A stretch of DNA of 64,000 bases from Pseudomonadales bacterium (GTDB lineage: Bacteria > Pseudomonadota > Gammaproteobacteria > Pseudomonadales > IMCC2047). The stretch covers positions 3,476,261 to 3,540,260 of the forward strand of contig OZ246007.1 in assembly GCA_965230515.1 (NCBI GenBank). Direction: 5' to 3'. Under the pieces are notes generated by a model. That model was given only the letters and a program-made list of their open reading frames with translations, had not been told where the DNA came from and ran no database searches. The position numbers were made by a program, and so were the translations under genes. Below, one piece after another: positions 28,163-35,814 of the stretch (positions are counted from its first letter, which is position 1; every line of letters starts with the position of its first letter).

Positions 28163-30763
28163 ATGAAAGCGGCTGGCCTGGTCAGTTTGTTGATGCTGCT
28201 AATTGTACTGCTGCCCAGTCTTTGGCCGGCATCGTTTTCGGCGCTGAATCCGGTGAAAGTGGATACCGATCCGGAAAACATGCTGGATGTTCAGGAGCCG
28301 GTCCGGGTACTGCACAACCAGATGCGTCGTGAATTTGCATTGTACGACATGTTGGTTGTGGGGGTTGTCAATCGAGAGCATTCCCAGGGGGTGTTCAATC
28401 AGGCTACGCTGACACGGGTGCATGAGCTGGCAGCTTTTGCGCAGACTCTGGTCTGGTCGGAGGGTGATAGCGAGAAGGGTGTTATAGGCGTTGATATGAT
28501 AGCGCCTTCTACTGTCGATAATATTGAACAGGATGGTCTTGGGTCTGTACGATTTGAATGGCTAATGGCACAGCCGCCAACAAGCGAAGCGGAAGCTCTT
28601 GCCGTCGCTGAAAAAGCCCAGCGGTTGCCACTGTTGAATGACACACTGGTTTCTGCTGATCGCAAGGCGCTGGCGCTCTATATTCCCATCAGTGAAAAGA
28701 AGGTCAGTTACCGGGTGGCTTCGCAGCTGCGTGACCGTATTAATACGTTTACAGGAAGTGATCAATACTATATCACCGGTCTGCCGGTTGCCCAGGATCA
28801 ATTTGGTGTGGAGATGTTCCAGCAGATGGCGATATCGGCACCAGTGGCGATGGCCTTGATCTTTATATTGATGTGGTTTTTCTTTCGCAATGTGAAGCTG
28901 ATCATCTCCCCGATGATTGTGGCAATGGTTGCTGTGATTGTCACCATGGGGCTGCTGGTTGCCACGGGTCATACCGTGCACATTATGAGTTCCATGATCC
29001 CCATTTTTATCATGCCGATTGCGGTGCTGGATGCAGTACATATTTTATCGGACTTTTTTGATCGATATCCGCGTTCTAACGATCGTTATACCGCGTTGCG
29101 AGAGGTGATGGAGGAGCTATCGAAACCGATGCTATATACCTCTTTAACCACGAGCGTCGGATTTGCATCTTTGGCTTTAACGCCGATTCCGCCGGTCCAG
29201 GTGTTCGGTTTGTTTGTCGGTCTCGGAGTGTTGATCGCCTGGTTGTGCACCATCACATTGGTGCCGGCTTATATCATGCTGATGTCGGAGTCAGCATTGG
29301 CGGGATTTGGTCTGGTGCAGCATGAAAACCCGGATCAGCGACAACATCCCTCTTTGCTGGTGCGACTGCTCAACGCGACGGGCAGGTTTACCTATCAGCG
29401 TGCCAAACTGATTGTTGTGGCCGTGTGCTTGCTTGCCGGTGTTGCCTACTATGGCATTTCACAGATTAAAATTAATGATAACCCGGTGAAATGGTTTACC
29501 GAAAGTCACGATATCAGGGTTGCAGACCGCGAACTGAATGAGCGATTTGCCGGTACCTATATGGCTTACCTGACATTTCAGGCGCCGTACCAAGATTCGT
29601 CAGCCGAACAAGCCACTGAACAGGTGAGGCTGGCTATAGCCGGCCTGAATCAAACGGTAACCGAACCGTTGATTCAGGAAATGGCCCGGCAGCAGAGTAG
29701 TCTGGATTACCCTTCAAAGCTGCGCAGACTGGTTGATTTTGCAAGAAACCAGGCAGACCAGGCTGAAAGTGATGAGCTGTGGGAAAACTGGGATGCATCG
29801 GTGAGCGTGCTTGAAAATCTGATACAGGAGAGGGAAGTATTCAAATCGCCTCATGTGCTGTCCTATATCAGTGAGCTGCAGAACTATCTGCTCAGTACCG
29901 GGTTGGTGGGTAAGAGTAATTCACTGTCGGATATTGTAAAAACGGTTCACCGTGAACTGTTAGAGGGACAATTATCCGAATTTCGTATTCCGGATAGCAA
30001 AGCGGCTGTGGCACAAACCCTGTTAACCTATCAGGGCAGCCATCGCCCTCAGGATTTATGGCATTTTGTGACCCCGGATTACCGCCGAACAAATCTTTGG
30101 CTACAGCTGAAGAGTGGTGACAATCAGGATATGAAAAAGGTCGTAGAGGCAGTTGATCGCTATCTTATCGATAACCCGCCACCGCACTCGTTAGAGGCTG
30201 ACTGGTTTGGCCTGACCTACATCAACCTGGTTTGGCAGGAGAAGATGGTGGCCGGTATGATGAAGGCATTCCTGGGTAGTTTTGTCATTGTACTGTCAAT
30301 GATGGTGTTTCTGTTTCGCTCATTCTGGTGGGGACTGTTGAGTATGATTCCCCTGACCGTCACCATTGCGCTCACCTATGGCATTATTGGTTTGATAGGC
30401 AAAGATTACGATATGCCCGTTGCTGTGCTTTCCTCTTTAAGTCTGGGTCTGGCCGTTGACTATGCTATTCATTTTCTGGCGCGTAGTCGGGAGTTAAGGC
30501 AGCGGTACTCGAGTTGGCGTGAAACAGTGAGTGCTGTATATGGTGAGCCGGCCAGAGCTATTACCCGAAATATTATTGTCATCGGTTGCGGCTTTTTGCC
30601 CTTGCTCGCGGCACCATTGATTCCCTATCAAACGGTAGGCGTATTCATATCAACCATTTTGTTGTTGGCCGGAGCGGCCACACTTTTTTTACTACCGGCA
30701 CTGATTCGACTGTTTGAAGATCGCCTGTTTGGGTGCGATGCCGGTGTAAATTCGGGAGATTAA
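28163..30763 (+). CDS. MMPL/HpnN-type RND-superfamily exporter
   Basis: 866 aa with two repeats of TM1, a large periplasmic loop and a 5-TM bundle. It has MMPL-like blocks (SAPVAMALIFILMWFFFRN, LDAVHILSDF, SLGLAVDYAIHFLAR). Confidence 0.85.
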   Translation: MKAAGLVSLLMLLIVLLPSLWPASFSALNPVKVDTDPENMLDVQEPVRVLHNQMRREFALYDMLVVGVVNREHSQGVFNQATLTRVHELAAFAQTLVWSEGDSEKGVIGVDMIAPSTVDNIEQDGLGSVRFEWLMAQPPTSEAEALAVAEKAQRLPLLNDTLVSADRKALALYIPISEKKVSYRVASQLRDRINTFTGSDQYYITGLPVAQDQFGVEMFQQMAISAPVAMALIFILMWFFFRNVKLIISPMIVAMVAVIVTMGLLVATGHTVHIMSSMIPIFIMPIAVLDAVHILSDFFDRYPRSNDRYTALREVMEELSKPMLYTSLTTSVGFASLALTPIPPVQVFGLFVGLGVLIAWLCTITLVPAYIMLMSESALAGFGLVQHENPDQRQHPSLLVRLLNATGRFTYQRAKLIVVAVCLLAGVAYYGISQIKINDNPVKWFTESHDIRVADRELNERFAGTYMAYLTFQAPYQDSSAEQATEQVRLAIAGLNQTVTEPLIQEMARQQSSLDYPSKLRRLVDFARNQADQAESDELWENWDASVSVLENLIQEREVFKSPHVLSYISELQNYLLSTGLVGKSNSLSDIVKTVHRELLEGQLSEFRIPDSKAAVAQTLLTYQGSHRPQDLWHFVTPDYRRTNLWLQLKSGDNQDMKKVVEAVDRYLIDNPPPHSLEADWFGLTYINLVWQEKMVAGMMKAFLGSFVIVLSMMVFLFRSFWWGLLSMIPLTVTIALTYGIIGLIGKDYDMPVAVLSSLSLGLAVDYAIHFLARSRELRQRYSSWRETVSAVYGEPARAITRNIIVIGCGFLPLLAAPLIPYQTVGVFISTILLLAGAATLFLLPALIRLFEDRLFGCDAGVNSGD

Positions 30764-30765
30764 AA

Positions 30766-31566
30766 ATGTACCCACTGCTGAGAACTTCATTTGCGATAGC
30801 CTTGGTGCTAATCCTGTTGCCCTTGGGTCGGTCCTGGGCGATTGACGTTGATGAAATCGTAAGGAAAGCCAACCATGCGGCGTATTACCAGGGCAGGGAC
30901 GGGCGGGCCCGTGTGACTATGTCCATCTTTGATGCTCAAAATCGAGAACGAACCCGCGAGTTCACTATCCTGCGTTGGGATGGTGAAGGTGAGGCGGACA
31001 GTGAACAGCGTTTTTATGTCTATTTCAGTCGGCCCTCAGATGTGAGTAAAACCGTGTTTTTAGTCTGGAAACACCTTGAGCGAGATGACGATCGCTGGCT
31101 CTATCTGCCGGCCCTGGATCTGGTGAAACGAATTGCCGCCAGTGACGAAAGGACCAGTTTTGTAGGGTCACATTTTTTCTACGAAGATGTTTCAGGGCGA
31201 GGCATTGATGAGGATGTCCACGAACTGCTCGAACAAACGCAGAACTATTATGTGATCAGGAGTACACCCAAAGATCCGGCGGCGGTCGAATTTTCCTACT
31301 ATAAGAACTGGGTGCACAGGGAGAGTATGATTCCCGTTAAAACGGAATATTTTGATAAAAATGGCGCACTTTACCGTACCTATTCGGCGCTGAACGTCGA
31401 GCAGATTGACGGATTTAACACGGTAACCCAAAGCCGCATGGATGATCGACGTATAGGCGGTTATACGCAGATGAGTTATAGCCGTGTCCGCTATGATACT
31501 GATTTGTCCGAAGATCTGTTTACCGAACGTTACCTGCGTAATCCGCCGAGAAAGGAACTCAGATAG
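30766..31566 (+). CDS. LolA-like 'outer membrane lipoprotein-sorting' family protein
   Basis: Signal peptide MYPLLRTSFAIALVLILLPLGRSWA. IVRKANHAAYYQGRDGRARVTMSIFD...REFTILRW...VWKHLERDDDRWLYLPAL resembles the LolA-like sorting-protein family. It starts 2 nt after the MMPL stop. Confidence 0.65.
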   Translation: MYPLLRTSFAIALVLILLPLGRSWAIDVDEIVRKANHAAYYQGRDGRARVTMSIFDAQNRERTREFTILRWDGEGEADSEQRFYVYFSRPSDVSKTVFLVWKHLERDDDRWLYLPALDLVKRIAASDERTSFVGSHFFYEDVSGRGIDEDVHELLEQTQNYYVIRSTPKDPAAVEFSYYKNWVHRESMIPVKTEYFDKNGALYRTYSALNVEQIDGFNTVTQSRMDDRRIGGYTQMSYSRVRYDTDLSEDLFTERYLRNPPRKELR

Positions 31567-31567
31567 G

Positions 31568-33034
31568 ATGAGCTTTTTGCGGGCCCTGTTTGTGGTATTT
31601 ATTTATCTGGCTATGGCAATGCCAGCTTACGCCAGCGATGCGCCGGTGTTACCTGCCGGCCTTGGGCCTCCCGCAGCGTCAAAGGACCCGAAGCTGCCTG
31701 AAGGATTGAGTTCTCCGGGTGACATCGGCGCGAAGAGTTCCTCTGGCGAGCCTTCGTTACCTTTTGGCCTGGACGGGGCGTTTTCGAAAAACAATGCGCC
31801 GCTGGACAGGGAAACGAGCCAAAAATCATTGTTATCGAAATTAACCGGGTTCGCAGAATTCCGTGGTGGTAGCCGCATTGCCGGTGATGCCAATCAGAAA
31901 CACAAGTCGATACTGGAAAGCCGGTTGCAACTGCAATGGGAGCAGCACTGGCAATCAATCGGCACCAGGATTACCGCAGACCTGCTATACGATGATCTGG
32001 TCAATGATCATGATGTGGCCCTGGAATCAGGGAGAGGCTGGCTGGATCTTCGTGAGGCCTATCTGTTGATTCGACCGACAGGCAGCATCGACCTGAAAGC
32101 GGGGCGACAAATTCTGACCTGGGGTGCTGGGGATCTGGTTTTTATTAATGACCTGTTTCCCAAGGACTGGAACTCCTTTTTTCTGGGGCGTGACAGTGAA
32201 TATCTGAAAGCGCCCTCTGATGCAATCCGGTTCAGCTGGTTTAGTGAACAGGTAAATCTGGAAATTGTCTTCACCCCGAGGTTTGATGCAGACCGGTTTA
32301 TTGATGGATCACGCATCTCCTTTTTTAATCCAAGTCTGGATAACGAAAATGGCGGTGTTGGTTTGATACCGGTCATCAGACCGGATCGGTGGTTTGATGA
32401 CTCGGAGTGGGCGGTCCGCCTGTATCGTCAGCTAGGATCGTTCGAGATTGCCGTGTATGGTTATCAGGGGTATTGGAAAAGCCCGGTCGGGGTTGATATG
32501 CAAAGTGGCGATTCGATATTCCCCAAACTTCAATCATTTGGTACCAGTATCAGAGGACCTTTATATCAAGGTATTGCTAATCTTGAGTTGGGTTACTACT
32601 CGAGCCGGGACGACCGGGAGGGGGTGGATCCGTTAATCCGCAATAGCGAGTTTCGGCTGTTGCTGGGCTATGAGCAGGAACTGCTGGTCGATCTGACCGG
32701 TTCAGTACAAATATACTGGGAACAGATTCAGGATTACAACGCTTATCGAAGTAGTCTGCTACCCGGAATGCCGCCGCGTGATGAAAACAGGCTGGTCTGG
32801 ACCGTAAGGTTAACCCGGTTGCTGTTCAATCAGAATTTAACGCTCTCATTGTTTAATTTCTACAGTACATCCGATCAGGACGGTTATCTGCGGTTAAAGG
32901 CGAATTATAAGGTTTCGGATAGCTGGCAGCTTGAACTTGGACTGAATCGTTTCTACGGAGAAAAGCGACATACTTTTTTTGCGCAGTTTGAAGATAACAG
33001 TAATGCCTACCTCTCATTTCGTTATGGATTTTGA
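31568..33034 (+). CDS. Outer-membrane beta-barrel protein (alginate-export/DUF1302-like)
   Basis: Signal peptide ...AMAMPAYA, alternating-hydrophobicity strands, an LDLREAYLL...LKAGRQILTWGAGD block and the C-terminal SFRYGF aromatic terminus. It starts 1 nt after the previous stop. Confidence 0.7.
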   Translation: MSFLRALFVVFIYLAMAMPAYASDAPVLPAGLGPPAASKDPKLPEGLSSPGDIGAKSSSGEPSLPFGLDGAFSKNNAPLDRETSQKSLLSKLTGFAEFRGGSRIAGDANQKHKSILESRLQLQWEQHWQSIGTRITADLLYDDLVNDHDVALESGRGWLDLREAYLLIRPTGSIDLKAGRQILTWGAGDLVFINDLFPKDWNSFFLGRDSEYLKAPSDAIRFSWFSEQVNLEIVFTPRFDADRFIDGSRISFFNPSLDNENGGVGLIPVIRPDRWFDDSEWAVRLYRQLGSFEIAVYGYQGYWKSPVGVDMQSGDSIFPKLQSFGTSIRGPLYQGIANLELGYYSSRDDREGVDPLIRNSEFRLLLGYEQELLVDLTGSVQIYWEQIQDYNAYRSSLLPGMPPRDENRLVWTVRLTRLLFNQNLTLSLFNFYSTSDQDGYLRLKANYKVSDSWQLELGLNRFYGEKRHTFFAQFEDNSNAYLSFRYGF

Positions 33035-33202
33035 TTGTTAAAGTGCCCCATAAAGTCATCTTTTTGATATTTTATTGTAAAACACAAATTTACTTTTTCT
33101 GACTTCACAAATTAGTCATTTAGACTATGCTCAGTAAGGGGCTAACCACTATTGTTATCCAGTGGTTGTATAGAAAAATAAAAAAAATAACGAGATAGAC
33201 TG

Positions 33203-35230
33203 ATGTACAGAAATTTTCCTGCCCAACTGAATGGCGCAATATTGGGGTTGAGTGTCGCTTTTTTGAGTCTGACTCAACCCACCGAGGCAAATAGCCTGTC
33301 GGCTGCTCAACTGGCCGAGCTGCCCTTTGAGGAGCTCATGCAGATGGATGTCATGGTCTCCAGTGTCAGCAAAATGGACCAACTGTTGGCAGATACCGCC
33401 GCGGGTGTTTTTGTGATTACCGCGGAAGATCTTCGGCGCAGCGGTGTCAGTTCCATCCCGGAAGCACTGAGAATGGTTCCGGGAATGCAGGTGGCCCGTA
33501 TTGGTAGCAGTGAGTGGGCAGTTTCCGCGCGAGGCTTTAGTTCGCGGTATTCCAAATTCCAGCTGATTCTTGTTGACGGTCGCAGCGTCTATGATCCCCT
33601 GTTTGGTGGTGTTAACTGGGATGAGCAGAATCTGATTCTGGAAAATATAGAACGCATTGAGGTGATAAGAGGCCCTGCCGGCAGTGTCTGGGGCAGTAAT
33701 GCCGTGAACGGGATGGTCAATATTATCACCCGCCAGGCCAGGGACAGTCAGGGTCTGTATCTCTCTGTCGCGGGAGGGAATGAACTGGAGCGCTCGTCGC
33801 TGGTGCTCAATTATGGCGCGCCGTTGGCGCAGGGCCATTATCGGGTCGGCTTGCGTCACGCCCGGCATGGCTTGATGTCGGGTAGTGAAGGATTGGATGA
33901 TAACGCCTGGCAGGATCAGCGCATTACCTTTGATTATCAGGGTGATCTTGCGCAGGGGCAGTTGTCTGTTTCCTTTGCGCTTTTCAGGATAGAAACCGAA
34001 ACCCTGTGGCCTTCGATACAGTTTGACCGGTTTACCACCTTTGCGGTGGATCCGGAAGAGGATAAAGAGGGTGGTTCATTTCAAGTAAACTGGGAGAAGG
34101 AGATCGGGCCAAATGTGGCGCTCAGTCTGCGCAGTTCCTATGACGATATACACCGAAGCTCAGACCTTTTTGAATGGAACAGTGATAATTTTGACCTGGA
34201 TGCAGAAATCACCTATTCCGGTTTAGCAAAGCAGGAGATTCGAGTTGGAGCGAATACCCGGTTCAGCCGCAGCGAGTTCATCAACAAGGGTGGTTTTAGC
34301 TTAACCATTACACCGGAGAAGGATCGTCTGGAAAACCTGAGTCTGTTTGTGCAGGATGAGATTCGTCTGAACCGGGCAGTGCGGCTTACCCTTGGCGCAC
34401 GTTTTGAGGACTCCTCCCTTGGAGGCAGCGCGCTACTGCCGTCGGCGCGATTGCTTTGGAAACCCGCCGAGCAACACCGCGTCTGGGCCGCTGCGTCCCG
34501 GGCTGAAGCCACACTATCAAGATTTGAGTCGGATAACCTGCGTGTCAATACCGATATCCTGCCTCCCGGTGTGGCGGGACCCCTACCGGTATTGCTGACA
34601 CTGACCAACTCCGGTGAGTCTCCAGAGAATTCAGAATTGCTGGCCTATGAATTGGGCTATCGTTTTCATCAAAGCGAGAATTTTGAAATGGATCTGACCC
34701 TGTTCCGGCATGAGTATGATCATTTGATTGACTCAGGCAGGGCACTTCCTCCCTACCTTTCAGCGTTTTCAGGTCAGTCCTTTACCCAGCTGGATCTGGT
34801 CGCCAGTGATACTGCAGAGGGCGAGTTATCGGGTGCGGAGCTTTCAACCAGCTGGAAAATCAATGACCAGATTTATCTGCAGTACAGTGGCAGCTATATC
34901 GAATCCGATATCGATAATGGCTCACCGGTTTTTTACGATGCGCCAGAATGGCAGCACTCTCTTCGGGCACTGTGGAACCTGAAACCGGAGATCAGTCTTG
35001 ATAGCTGGCTCAGTTATGTCGACGCTGTGCCTGAGAGTGATATTGAAAGTTACTGGAATCTTAATGTTCGAGTGGCGTGGCAGCTCAGTCCCCGGTTTAG
35101 AGTGTCCCTGATGGGTAAGAATCTAATCGATTCCGACCGTGTTGAGTTTGAAAGAGAGAATCTGCCACCCAATAACCATGAAATGGTAAATTACTGGTTT
35201 ATTAAGTTCGAATGGACACCGGGTAACTAG
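33203..35230 (+). CDS. TonB-dependent receptor
   Basis: Signal peptide, plug-domain blocks (VFVITAEDLRRSGVSSIPEALRMVPGMQV, ILVDGRSVYDPLFGGVNW, IERIEVIRGPAGSVWGSNAVNGMVNIIT), then a long beta-barrel region. Confidence 0.9.
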   Translation: MYRNFPAQLNGAILGLSVAFLSLTQPTEANSLSAAQLAELPFEELMQMDVMVSSVSKMDQLLADTAAGVFVITAEDLRRSGVSSIPEALRMVPGMQVARIGSSEWAVSARGFSSRYSKFQLILVDGRSVYDPLFGGVNWDEQNLILENIERIEVIRGPAGSVWGSNAVNGMVNIITRQARDSQGLYLSVAGGNELERSSLVLNYGAPLAQGHYRVGLRHARHGLMSGSEGLDDNAWQDQRITFDYQGDLAQGQLSVSFALFRIETETLWPSIQFDRFTTFAVDPEEDKEGGSFQVNWEKEIGPNVALSLRSSYDDIHRSSDLFEWNSDNFDLDAEITYSGLAKQEIRVGANTRFSRSEFINKGGFSLTITPEKDRLENLSLFVQDEIRLNRAVRLTLGARFEDSSLGGSALLPSARLLWKPAEQHRVWAAASRAEATLSRFESDNLRVNTDILPPGVAGPLPVLLTLTNSGESPENSELLAYELGYRFHQSENFEMDLTLFRHEYDHLIDSGRALPPYLSAFSGQSFTQLDLVASDTAEGELSGAELSTSWKINDQIYLQYSGSYIESDIDNGSPVFYDAPEWQHSLRALWNLKPEISLDSWLSYVDAVPESDIESYWNLNVRVAWQLSPRFRVSLMGKNLIDSDRVEFERENLPPNNHEMVNYWFIKFEWTPGN

Positions 35231-35811
35231 TGCCGGGCAGCATGATTGTTATGATGTTTAAACGACCACCCGGTAAAACTCTCCGTTACCTGCTGTTGGC
35301 GCTATTGCTACCGCTGTCTTTCAGTGTATCGGCGCTCGATGTTGATGTGGTTGCGCTGAAGGCAGCCTATTTGGCAAATTTTATGAAGTTTGTGAAGTGG
35401 CTGCCGGAGAATAATCATGGAAACCAGACCAGTGAAATCTGTTTGTTGGCAGAATCCGGCGAGTTGCAAGACGCATTGGTGAGTATTGCAAACTCGGCCG
35501 GAGCGCCGGGACGCTTCTCGGTAAGACGCCTTGGAAGTGATGCACTGGAGTCCCCTGAATCGACGCGAGCTTGCGCGGTGCTCTACTTTGAAGAAGAGTA
35601 CAGGGATGCCATCGCCGACCAGATCAAATTGATGCTGGAAAGTCCAATATTATTGGTTTCAGAAAATGATGTGGGCAGCACTTTTTCGATGATCTCCATG
35701 TTTCTGGTTGGTAATAAACTTAAATTTTCCGTCAATCTCAGATTGGTCAGTGATGCTCAACTGAGCATCAGTTCGAAATTACTGCGACTGGCTTATCGGG
35801 TATACGAATAA
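35230..35811 (+). CDS. YfiR-like periplasmic protein (DUF4154)
   Basis: Signal peptide, then LKAAYLANFMKFVKWLPE and two conserved-looking Cys (EICLL, RACAVLYF), as in YfiR-family proteins. The GTG at 35230 shares a base with the receptor stop. In-frame ATGs at 35242, 35251 and 35254 are alternative starts. Confidence 0.7.
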   Translation: MPGSMIVMMFKRPPGKTLRYLLLALLLPLSFSVSALDVDVVALKAAYLANFMKFVKWLPENNHGNQTSEICLLAESGELQDALVSIANSAGAPGRFSVRRLGSDALESPESTRACAVLYFEEEYRDAIADQIKLMLESPILLVSENDVGSTFSMISMFLVGNKLKFSVNLRLVSDAQLSISSKLLRLAYRVYE

Positions 35812-35814
35812 CTT

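Noticed and set aside
28562-29041. A His-rich 159-aa antisense ORF (…HDKNGDHGTHNVHGM…HGDNHSNHCHNHRGDD…) that superficially resembles a metal-binding protein.
   Set aside because: It is the reverse complement of the Met/Val/Ile-rich TM bundle of the MMPL gene. The His/Asp/Asn richness is a codon-complement artefact of ATG, ATC and GTG codons.
33035-33202. A search for a Fur box, or an ECF-sigma/FecR-type signalling context, upstream of the TonB-dependent receptor.
   Set aside because: I found no convincing match to GATAATGATAATCATTATC, only AT-rich runs. The receptor has no N-terminal signalling extension that I can recognise. I therefore do not call iron regulation.
33155-33868. A 237-aa ORF antisense to the 5-prime part of the TonB-dependent receptor gene.
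   Set aside because: It is fully embedded opposite a gene with unmistakable plug-domain motifs. Its composition is the mirror image of that gene and it has no motif or ribosome-binding site. This is a typical shadow ORF.
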